The notes beneath the pieces were generated by a model that saw nothing but the letters and a program-made list of their open reading frames with translations, had not been told where the DNA came from and ran no database searches. A DNA stretch of 64,000 bases from an uncultured Pseudobdellovibrionaceae bacterium (GTDB taxonomy: Bacteria > Pseudomonadota > Alphaproteobacteria > Micavibrionales > Micavibrionaceae). Location: positions 804 to 64,803 of the forward strand of contig CAZNYM010000004.1 of assembly GCA_964577255.1 (NCBI GenBank). Reading direction: 5' to 3'. Positions 46,706 to 54,497 of the stretch are shown here, piece after piece. A program made the translations under genes and the position numbers. Every line of letters starts with the position of its first letter. Within the stretch, counting starts at the first letter, position 1.

Positions 46706-47272
46706 ATGTTTCAGCGCCGCGAACCTGTTTCCCTGATGAAGCGCAGCCGCGAGTTTATATGGCCGTCGATGGGCTGGCGGCGTATGGTACATTATTACTA
46801 TCACCGCCTGTTCCGCGGAGGCTTGAGCCCGCACCAGATCACGGGCGGCCTCGCCTGCGGCGTCGCGCTGTCCTTCAGCCCGCTGATCGGCACGCACATC
46901 CTGCAGGCCTTCGGCCTGGCGTGGTTATTGGGCTTCAATCGCCTGGCGGCGCTGGTGGGCACGCTCGCCGGTAATCCGTGGACATTTCCGCCCATGTATT
47001 TTCTCGCTTATCACGTGGGCAAGGACACGCTGGGATTTCTCGGTCTTGAGCAGTTCGAGCCTTTGGGCGCGGTCACGTTCGGCGAATTGTTCGCGCATCC
47101 CTTGACGCTTTTACTGCCGATGATGGTGGGTGGCTATCTTTGCGCGCTGCTGGCCTGGCCGCTCGTGTACGGCCTTCTTTATTATCCCGTGCGCCGCACG
47201 GCGTTCTTGTACCACCGCACGCGCCAGGAGCGCCGCGACCACCGCCGGCGGCAAAAGGATGTTTCGCCATGA
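46706..47272 (+). CDS. DUF2062-family membrane protein
   Basis: 188 aa. SPHQITGGLACGVALSFSPLIGTHIL...AGNPWTFPPMY pattern recalled from DUF2062. Overlaps the acpS start (ATGA). Confidence 0.65.
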   Translation: MFQRREPVSLMKRSREFIWPSMGWRRMVHYYYHRLFRGGLSPHQITGGLACGVALSFSPLIGTHILQAFGLAWLLGFNRLAALVGTLAGNPWTFPPMYFLAYHVGKDTLGFLGLEQFEPLGAVTFGELFAHPLTLLLPMMVGGYLCALLAWPLVYGLLYYPVRRTAFLYHRTRQERRDHRRRQKDVSP

Positions 47273-47664
47273 TCGCCGGCGTGGGCCATGATCTCGTGCG
47301 CATCAGCCGGATAGAACGCACGCTCGAACGACAGGGCCCGCGCTTCATGGCCCGCTGTTTCACGCAAGCCGAAATCGATCACGCCGAACATCATCCCGCG
47401 CGCCGCGCGGCCGCTTATGCCAAAGCCTTCGCGGCGAAGGAGGCCTGCGCCAAGGCGCTGGGTACGGGCTTCCGCGCGGGCGTCGCCATGGGCGATATCG
47501 CTCTCATACGCGATGCGCGCGGCAAGCCCGCGCTCATGCTTTCCGGCACGGCGCAGACGCGGCTGGCGGCGCTGGCTCCTGCGGGAAAAACAGCGCGGCT
47601 GCATGTGACCGTCACCGACGAAGCTGGATTTGCCTATGTTCTGGTCATCCTCGAGGTGACATAA
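47269..47664 (+). CDS. acpS: Holo-[acyl-carrier-protein] synthase
   Basis: From ATG 47269: MIAGVGHDLVRISRIERT..., FAAKEACAKALGTG, 131 aa. Confidence 0.9.
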   Translation: MIAGVGHDLVRISRIERTLERQGPRFMARCFTQAEIDHAEHHPARRAAAYAKAFAAKEACAKALGTGFRAGVAMGDIALIRDARGKPALMLSGTAQTRLAALAPAGKTARLHVTVTDEAGFAYVLVILEVT

Positions 47665-47691
47665 GAATTTATCTGTTCAACCAAGCCGCGA

Positions 47692-48564
47692 TTGTTTAAA
47701 ACCCTGTCCATGGCCCAGCCCAACCCGCAAGAAAACGAACCCGTTCCCGCAGCGCCGCCGGCCGCCCCGGGCGCGGGCGAACAACGCCAGCCGCCGCTGA
47801 CCGCGCGCGAGGAATGGTCGGAATTCCTCAAGACTGCGGTGATCGCCGTCCTGCTGGCGCTCTTGATCCGCACGTTCCTGTTCGAACCTTTCAATATTCC
47901 CTCGGGTTCGATGAAGCCGACGCTTGAGATCGGCGACTACCTGTTCGTCTACAAGCCGGCTTACGGTTATTCCAAAGCGTCGTTCCCCTTCGGCATTGCC
48001 GATTTCGATGGCCGGATCGCGGCACGCGGCAAGCTGCCGCAGCGCGGCGACGTGGTCGTCTTCAAGCTGCCCAGCAATCCCTCGATCGATTACATCAAGC
48101 GCGTGGTGGGCCTGCCCGGCGAGACTATTCAGGTCAAGGGTGGGCAGCTCTACATCAACAACCAGCTGGTGCCGCGCGAACCGCTGGGCCTCAAAGAGAT
48201 CGACGACGACGGCGCCAAAGTCATGATCATGGAATATATCCAGACCCTGCCCGGCGGCGCGACCTTCCATATTTATGAAGAGAGCGACAATCACCATCTC
48301 GACGACACAGCGCCTTATTACGTACCGCCCGGCCATTACTTCATGATGGGCGACAACCGCGACAACTCGCAGGACAGCCGCGTGACCGCCATGGTCGGGC
48401 CCGTGCCGCTCGACAACATGGTGGGTCCGGCCGCGATGCTTTTCTTCTCCACCAACGGTTATGCCGGCATCGCCGAATTCTGGAAGTGGCCGCGCACCAT
48501 CCGTTACGACCGGCTGTTTAAAAACATCCAGCCTGTGCGCCTGGCGGAGCCAGCCAAGCCATGA
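47692..48564 (+). CDS. lepB: Signal peptidase I
   Basis: 290 aa. IPSGSMKPTL catalytic-Ser motif, YIKRVVGLPGE and GDNRDNSQDSR boxes. Confidence 0.92.
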   Translation: MFKTLSMAQPNPQENEPVPAAPPAAPGAGEQRQPPLTAREEWSEFLKTAVIAVLLALLIRTFLFEPFNIPSGSMKPTLEIGDYLFVYKPAYGYSKASFPFGIADFDGRIAARGKLPQRGDVVVFKLPSNPSIDYIKRVVGLPGETIQVKGGQLYINNQLVPREPLGLKEIDDDGAKVMIMEYIQTLPGGATFHIYEESDNHHLDDTAPYYVPPGHYFMMGDNRDNSQDSRVTAMVGPVPLDNMVGPAAMLFFSTNGYAGIAEFWKWPRTIRYDRLFKNIQPVRLAEPAKP

Positions 48565-49238
48565 CCCATAAATCGACCCGCCATCTGGAAGACGTGATCG
48601 GCCACCGCTTCGCCGACGCGACGCTTCTGGAAACGGCGCTCACCCACGCCAGCCGCGGCAACGCCGCCAATTACGAACGCCTGGAATTCCTAGGCGACCG
48701 GGTGCTGAGCCTTGTGATCGCCGAACTGATTTACAAAGCCTATCCGGCCGAAACCGAAGGCGACCTGGCCCGCCGCCACGCCGTGCTGGTGCAAGCGGAA
48801 ACGCTTGCCGGCATCGCCCGGGCGCTCGATCTCGGCTCCTGCATGCGCTTTTCCGATGCCGAGCGCGCGGCCGGGGGCGCCGCCAATGAAAATATCCTGG
48901 CCGACGGATTTGAAGCCTTGATCGGTGCGCTTTATCTCGACGCGGGCCTGGAACCCTGCGCCCGGCTGATCGCCGGCCTGTGGCAGGAACCGCTGCGTAC
49001 CATGACCGCACCGCCGCGCGACAGCAAGACGGCCCTGCAGGAATGGGCGCAGGGGCGGGGTCTGAAACTGCCGGTCTACTCCGTCGCCGTGCGCGAAGGG
49101 CCGGATCACGCGCCGCTCTTCCATGTCGATGTCGCAGTCGAGGGCTTTGCCCCGGCGCGGGCCCAGGGTTCGTCGCGTCGCGCCGCCGAGAAGGAAGCCG
49201 CGCGCCTTCTGCTGCTGCAGATCGGGGAAGCGCCGTGA
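48561..49238 (+). CDS. rnc: Ribonuclease III
   Basis: 225 aa. NYERLEFLGDRVL signature, EALIGALYLD, and a C-terminal dsRBD. Confidence 0.92.
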   Translation: MTHKSTRHLEDVIGHRFADATLLETALTHASRGNAANYERLEFLGDRVLSLVIAELIYKAYPAETEGDLARRHAVLVQAETLAGIARALDLGSCMRFSDAERAAGGAANENILADGFEALIGALYLDAGLEPCARLIAGLWQEPLRTMTAPPRDSKTALQEWAQGRGLKLPVYSVAVREGPDHAPLFHVDVAVEGFAPARAQGSSRRAAEKEAARLLLLQIGEAP

Positions 49239-50149
49239 GCGGTGATCCCGTGCGCCGCTGCGGCTTCGTCGCCGTGTTGGGCGCCCCCAATGCCGGAAAA
49301 TCCACCCTGACCAACACGCTGGTCGGCAGCAAGGTCAGCATCGTTTCGCCGAAAATCCAGACCACCCGCAGCCTGGTGCGCGGGATCGTCATCAAGGACG
49401 GATCCCAGATCATCATCGTCGATACGCCGGGCATTTTCGCGCCGGGCAAGCGCCTCGAGCGGGCGATGGTCGGGGCGGCCTGGCAGGGCAGCGATGAGGC
49501 TGACGCGGTCATGGTACTGCTCGATGTCGCCCACACCGCCGGCGCCGAAGGCACGCGCACGATCATCGGGCATCTGCGGCAGACCGCGGGCGGGCGCCCG
49601 GTGGCGCTGGTTCTCAACAAAATCGATCTTATAAAGCGGCCGCTGCTGCTGGAAATCGCGAAAAACCTCAACGAGCAGTACCCGTTCGCGGCGACGTTCA
49701 TGATTTCCGCGCTTAAGGCCAATGGCACCGACGATCTGCTGGCGTGGCTGGCCAAGACGGTGCCCGAGGGTCCCTGGCATTTTGAGGAAGATCAGATCAG
49801 CGACATGCCCGCACGCCTTCTGGCCGCAGAAATCACGCGCGAAAAACTGTTTCACCGCCTGTATCAGGAGCTTCCCTACGCGCTGACCGTGGAAACGGAA
49901 AGCTGGGAGCCGTTTGAAAACGGTAGCGTGAAAATTTCCCAGGTCATATATGTGATGCGCGAGTCGCACCGCGCCATCGTTCTTGGCAAGGGCGGATCGC
50001 AGATTGGCCGCATCGGCCAAGAAGCGCGCGAGGAGCTCGAGGAGCTGTTCGAACAGCGCGTGCATCTGAAGCTGTTCGTCAAAGTGCGTGAAAACTGGCA
50101 GGACGATCCCGAGCGTTACGCGGCCTGGGGCCTGTCTTTCGAGAAGTGA
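49235..50149 (+). CDS. era: GTPase Era
   Basis: GTG 49235 overlaps the rnc stop (GTGA). VSGDPVRRCGFVAVLGAPNAGKSTL (G1), DTPG (G3), NKID (G4), and a C-terminal KH domain. 304 aa. The upstream part of the track ORF (from 48980) is shadow. Confidence 0.9.
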   Translation: MSGDPVRRCGFVAVLGAPNAGKSTLTNTLVGSKVSIVSPKIQTTRSLVRGIVIKDGSQIIIVDTPGIFAPGKRLERAMVGAAWQGSDEADAVMVLLDVAHTAGAEGTRTIIGHLRQTAGGRPVALVLNKIDLIKRPLLLEIAKNLNEQYPFAATFMISALKANGTDDLLAWLAKTVPEGPWHFEEDQISDMPARLLAAEITREKLFHRLYQELPYALTVETESWEPFENGSVKISQVIYVMRESHRAIVLGKGGSQIGRIGQEAREELEELFEQRVHLKLFVKVRENWQDDPERYAAWGLSFEK

Positions 50150-50157
50150 TTGAAAGA

Positions 50158-50321
50158 GAATCGCTTTTTCGCGCGGCGATAAAAATTTTTTCGAGACTCA
50201 AGACTCTTCTTCCGATTTGTTGTGGATAAAAACAGCGGTGCGAATCACCGACTCTTTTCGCGCGAATCGGTCCCCGCTACCATGCTTTGTATCAAGTACA
50301 GGAAGTTTTTACATGTGAATC
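50158..50321. promoter_or_regulatory. Cluster of seven GANTC (CcrM-type methylation) sites in the gcrA upstream region
   Basis: GAATC at 50158, 50242, 50264 and 50317. GACTC at 50195, 50202 and 50250. Also a direct repeat GAnTC-CTTTT(T)CGCGCG (50158-50176 and 50250-50264). Confidence 0.6.
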
Positions 50322-50379
50322 AGTGGCTTACAGCCATTTCACCGCCTGTACCCGCTTTTACACCGACGGGAGTATCCGC

Positions 50380-50865
50380 ATGAGCTGGACCGATGACCGC
50401 GTAACCCTTCTCAAGAAGTTGTGGGTTGAGGGCAAAACCGCCGCTGAAATTGCCAAGGCTCTGGGGGGCATCACCCGCAACGCCGTGATCGGCAAAGCCC
50501 ACCGGCTCAAGCTTTCCAACCGCATCTCGCCGATCCAGCAAAACAATAAAAAGCCCGTACGCCTGCACGAGGAAAAGCGCGCACCGCGCGTGCGTCCGCC
50601 GATCGTGCCGCCCGCCAATTTCGCCATCAAGGGGATCAAGCTCGTCGATCTGAAGATCGGCCAGTGCCACTGGCCGGTGGGCGATCCCAAGGACGAGGAT
50701 TTCAAATTCTGCGGCTGCGCGATCGAAACGGGTTTCCCCTATTGCGAACACCATGTGAAAGTCGCCTATCAGACGCCGGGCCGCAGCCGCAACCTGCAGG
50801 TGGGGGATTTCGACGACGCCGTCGCCGTGCCCGAAGACGATTTCAAGGAAGTCGTCAACTCCTGA
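50380..50865 (+). CDS. gcrA: Cell-cycle transcriptional regulator GcrA
   Basis: From ATG 50380: MSWTDDRVTLLKKLWVEGKTAAEIAKALGGITRNAVIGKAHRLKL..., with C-terminal CHWPVGDP...FCG...PYCEHH. 161 aa. Confidence 0.92.
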   Translation: MSWTDDRVTLLKKLWVEGKTAAEIAKALGGITRNAVIGKAHRLKLSNRISPIQQNNKKPVRLHEEKRAPRVRPPIVPPANFAIKGIKLVDLKIGQCHWPVGDPKDEDFKFCGCAIETGFPYCEHHVKVAYQTPGRSRNLQVGDFDDAVAVPEDDFKEVVNS

Positions 50866-50887
50866 GTTTTTTCCTCAAGCACAAACT

Positions 50888-50920
50888 GCCGACCCACCGT
50901 CAAAGGGGGTCGGCTTTTTT
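50888..50920 (+). terminator. Intrinsic terminator after gcrA (shared with the convergent cold-shock gene)
   Basis: GCCGACCC (50888-50895) / GGGTCGGC (50907-50914) followed by TTTTTT (50915-50920). Confidence 0.75.
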
Positions 50921-51468
50921 CATTCATTTTCGGGGAAGGCGATTTCCAGCACTTCGCGCCCCTTGGGCACGATGCGAAAAGTCATGACCACGCGTGTGCC
51001 GGACTCAAGCGCCGGAATGCCGTTTTTATCGAGGCAGGATTTATGTACGAAAACGTCCTTCATGCCGTCGTCGGGGACGATGAAGCCGAAGCCTTTGTCT
51101 TCCTTGTACCATTTCACCAGCCCGCCCATTTTCTGGGTCTTGCCCAAAGGCGGCGTCTCGGCCGGTTGCCGGCCCTTGAGCTGCTCGGGGATCTCTCCGG
51201 CGTCCAGAAGCGATAGAATCCGGCGCACATGCGCGCCGCGCGGGCCGCGGTCGATCTGGCAAAGAAAGCAGGCGCCTTCGCCCAGAGTCGAAACGCCCGA
51301 ATCCTGCAATGTGGTAATATGGAGGAACGCATCGAGGGTAGGGTCATCCTCGGGCACGACAAAGCCGAACCCCTTGGGCATGTTGAACCATTTCAAGCGT
51401 GCCCGCACGGGCGCCGGTTCCGGAAGGCCGTCGTCGGTGGGCGAGGATTCGTGACGTTTCTGATTCAT
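50920..51468 (-). CDS. Tandem cold-shock-domain protein (two CSDs)
   Basis: 182 aa. Two copies of the CSD pattern ([17 protein letters not shown]...DAFLH; [17 protein letters not shown]...DVFVH). A long AT-rich 5' region (51469-51735) lies upstream. Confidence 0.85.
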   Translation of the reverse strand: MNQKRHESSPTDDGLPEPAPVRARLKWFNMPKGFGFVVPEDDPTLDAFLHITTLQDSGVSTLGEGACFLCQIDRGPRGAHVRRILSLLDAGEIPEQLKGRQPAETPPLGKTQKMGGLVKWYKEDKGFGFIVPDDGMKDVFVHKSCLDKNGIPALESGTRVVMTFRIVPKGREVLEIAFPENE

Positions 51469-51735
51469 TGTCCCGCGCAGCTCGTAATCAAATTCGATAA
51501 TATGACTTATAAATACGCAATTCCGGCAGAACTATGCCAGAACAACCCTCCCGAATCCAGAAGTTTTCCCATACGCGCATAGGTTGAAAAGGAAAATATA
51601 ATATTAGAGAATTCTTTTATAAAGTGCCGCTGAAACGAATTGTCAGCCGGGAGAATCCGGGCAACAATATTGCTGGCAACCGCGCCCGCCGCGTCAAGAG
51701 GTTGTTATAAAGGGAAAATACGCTAGACTGTCGCC

Positions 51736-53424
51736 ATGAGTACGGAAAACACCTACAGCTGGCTGGCTTCTTACCCCCCGGATGTCGACTGGGAGGCCCC
51801 GCTTGTACGAGGACCTGTCCACGCGCTTCTGGATAATACCGTCGCCGCCTACGGCGACCGCCCTGGCGTCGATTTCATGGGCAAAAAATGGACATGGGGA
51901 GAGGTCGGCGCCGCGGTCGACGCCCTGGCGGCCGGGCTGCAAGCCTGGGGGTTGCAAAAGGGCGCGCGCGTCGGCCTGTTTCTGCCCAATAGTTTTGAAT
52001 ATCTGGTGTCGTACTACGCCGTGCTCAAGGCCGGTGGCATCGTCGTAAATTTCAACCCGCTTTACGCCCCGCGCGAGCTTGAGTTTCAGGTGCGCGACAG
52101 CGGGATCAGTACAATGATTACTTTCGATCTTGCCGCCCTGTTCGACAAGGTCAAACCCCTGCTGGGCCAGGCCCAGCTCGAGACCGTCATCGTCTGCCGC
52201 TTCGCCGACAGCCTGCCCTTCCCGAAAAGCCTGCTTTTCCCGCTGCTCAAGAAAAAGGATATCGCCGCCGTGCCCGCTGCTCCCGGCATCGTGCGCCTGA
52301 CCGATATCTGCAGGCCGGGGATCAAGCCCGCGCCGGTCGCCATCGATCCGGACAGCGACATCGCCGTGCTTCAATATACGGGCGGTACCACCGGCACGCC
52401 CAAGGGCGCAATGTTGACTCACGCCAATGTCAGCGCCAACGTGCACCAGAGCGTGCTGTGGTTCGGTAACGTCAGCAAGGGCGAAGAACGCATGCTGGCC
52501 GTCATTCCCTTCTTCCACGTCTTTGCCATGACGGCAGTGATGAATTTCAGCGTCGCTGCTGCGCTCGAACTCGTCATTCCTTCGCCGCGTTTCGATGTCG
52601 ACGGTACGCTCAAGGCCATCGCCAAAAAGAAGCCGCATTATTTCCCGGCCGTGCCCGCCATTTACAACGCCATCAACAATCACGCCGACCGCGACAGCTA
52701 CGATCTGCGCTCTCTGCGTTACTGCATTTCCGGGGGCGCGCCGCTGCCGGTCGAGGTCAAGAAGACATTCGAGAAAAACACCGGCTGCGTGGTGATCGAA
52801 GGTTACGGCTTGACTGAATCCACGCCGGTGGTGTGCGCCAACCCGATCAAGGGAGAGAACAAGGCCGGGTCGATCGGTCTGCCGCTGCCGGGAACGGTGG
52901 TGGAAATCATCGATCCCGAGGACAAGAACACGCCGATGAAAACCGGCGAGCGCGGCGAACTGTGTGTACGCGGGCCGCAGGTGATGAAAGGCTACTGGAA
53001 CAAACCGGAAGAAACGGCGCATGTCCTGCGCGGCGGCCGGCTGCACACGGCGGATATCGCCTATATGGACGCCGCCGGCTACGTCTATATCGTCGATCGC
53101 ATCAAGGATCTGATCCTGGTGAACGGTTATAACGTCTATCCCCGGCTGGTCGAAGAGGCGATTTACCTGCATCCCGCCGTCGAGGAATGCATCGTTGCCG
53201 GTCTGCCCGATCCTGAGCGGGGCGAGATGGTGAAGGCCTGGATCAAACTCAAGGGAGGTCAAAACCTCGATGAGGCGTCTCTGAAAAGCTTCCTGAAGGA
53301 CAAGATTTCGCCGATTGAAATGCCGCGCGCGGTCGAATTCCGCGACAAGCCGTTGCCCAAGACGATGATTGGCAAACTTTCGCGCAAGGATATCGTCAAC
53401 GAGGAAATGGCCCGTCGGACCTAG
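51736..53424 (+). CDS. fadD: Long-chain-fatty-acid--CoA ligase
   Basis: 562 aa. LQYTGGTTGTPKGAMLTHAN AMP-binding motif, EGYGLTE, GDI...D.DGY, and a C-terminal GKLSRKD-type lysine. Confidence 0.88.
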   Translation: MSTENTYSWLASYPPDVDWEAPLVRGPVHALLDNTVAAYGDRPGVDFMGKKWTWGEVGAAVDALAAGLQAWGLQKGARVGLFLPNSFEYLVSYYAVLKAGGIVVNFNPLYAPRELEFQVRDSGISTMITFDLAALFDKVKPLLGQAQLETVIVCRFADSLPFPKSLLFPLLKKKDIAAVPAAPGIVRLTDICRPGIKPAPVAIDPDSDIAVLQYTGGTTGTPKGAMLTHANVSANVHQSVLWFGNVSKGEERMLAVIPFFHVFAMTAVMNFSVAAALELVIPSPRFDVDGTLKAIAKKKPHYFPAVPAIYNAINNHADRDSYDLRSLRYCISGGAPLPVEVKKTFEKNTGCVVIEGYGLTESTPVVCANPIKGENKAGSIGLPLPGTVVEIIDPEDKNTPMKTGERGELCVRGPQVMKGYWNKPEETAHVLRGGRLHTADIAYMDAAGYVYIVDRIKDLILVNGYNVYPRLVEEAIYLHPAVEECIVAGLPDPERGEMVKAWIKLKGGQNLDEASLKSFLKDKISPIEMPRAVEFRDKPLPKTMIGKLSRKDIVNEEMARRT

Positions 53425-54494
53425 GAGGCAGAACCCAGCCGGTTCGATTCCTTCTGCCGTTGCGCGGCGCCCTCATGGAAGCGCGCGGCCGCGCCGGCAT
53501 AAGCGGTATCCGCGTTCAGGACCTGGGACAGCAGCTGCTGCATCGATTCCTCGATCTGCCCGGCTGCGTTCGCGCGCAGGGCGCGCTTGAGATGCGGCAG
53601 ACCGCCCGCGATCTTGAGGTCGGGATCGATGCCCGCCAGCAATTCGGCGAAATGCTGCTTCATCGCCTCTTTTTCCAGGAATCTGAACATGTCGATGCGC
53701 ACCCAGTTGGGTTGGCGCGGCAGACCCTTGACCTTCATCACCCTGTCGATGTCGGCGCAGCGGCGGGACTGGTACTGGTCGCATTCAAGCCAGGCGAGCG
53801 CGATCTCATATGGATCGTTGGCGCGCATCTTCATCGCCTGCATCTGGCCGCTATGGACATAGCTCTCGAGCGGCTTGTGGGGATCGTGGTCGAGCCGTAA
53901 CCCGAAGGACAGCAGAAAATCGGCGCGCACCTGGCCCTGCGTGGCGCTGACGAAACCGTCGAACTGGCTCAGGAACGGATCAGCGTGCTTACCCAGGATA
54001 TTGCGCTGGAAGCCAAATTCCTCGTGGTGGCGGCGCAGGTTTTTAAGGAATGAAAGATAGACCTTGGCCAGCGTCAGTGTGTCCATGTGTTCGAGCATTG
54101 GGTGGCGCAAGCTGCCCGAAAGATTTTCCATCGGGCTGTCCGGCAGCGGCATGGTCTGGGGCAGTGCCTGCCCGGCGAAAGCCTTCTCCAGGGCGTCGCG
54201 CACGACGTTGTTGTTGTGCCGGGCCGATAGCGCCTCGTCCAGTACCAGCTCCATGTTGAAATGGTAAAGCGGCGTATCCTTCATCATTTGCGCCAGCTCA
54301 TGCGCCGTTCCGGGATTATCCAGATCCATGATATGCGGCGGCGTGCTGGTGATGACAAAACCGTCGTCGGCATTCCCCGGCAGGCTGGCAGGCGAATGCG
54401 ACACCGGTACCAGGAGATTCTGCCGCTCTTCGGGTTCCGGATGCTGCGCGATCAGGTCGAGAACGGATCCGATGGTATAATAGTGCGAAACCAT
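53421..54494 (-). CDS. Hypothetical protein (357 aa), no recognised domain
   Basis: ATG 54494 lies 3 nt after the pheT stop (TAGGCGATG) with GAGGG upstream. Host-like G+C. The 3' end overlaps the convergent fadD stop by 4 nt. Confidence 0.6.
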   Translation of the reverse strand: MVSHYYTIGSVLDLIAQHPEPEERQNLLVPVSHSPASLPGNADDGFVITSTPPHIMDLDNPGTAHELAQMMKDTPLYHFNMELVLDEALSARHNNNVVRDALEKAFAGQALPQTMPLPDSPMENLSGSLRHPMLEHMDTLTLAKVYLSFLKNLRRHHEEFGFQRNILGKHADPFLSQFDGFVSATQGQVRADFLLSFGLRLDHDPHKPLESYVHSGQMQAMKMRANDPYEIALAWLECDQYQSRRCADIDRVMKVKGLPRQPNWVRIDMFRFLEKEAMKQHFAELLAGIDPDLKIAGGLPHLKRALRANAAGQIEESMQQLLSQVLNADTAYAGAAARFHEGAAQRQKESNRLGSAS

Positions 54495-54497
54495 CGC

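Noticed and set aside
45155-46897. 580-aa minus-strand ORF over spoT; likewise 51694-53262 over fadD, 55098-56939 (+) over pheT, 21122-22267 (+) over mnmA, 24719-25708 (+) over the desulfurase
   Set aside because: All lie opposite strongly supported genes and have the Arg/Gly/Ala/His-rich composition of GC-rich shadow frames.
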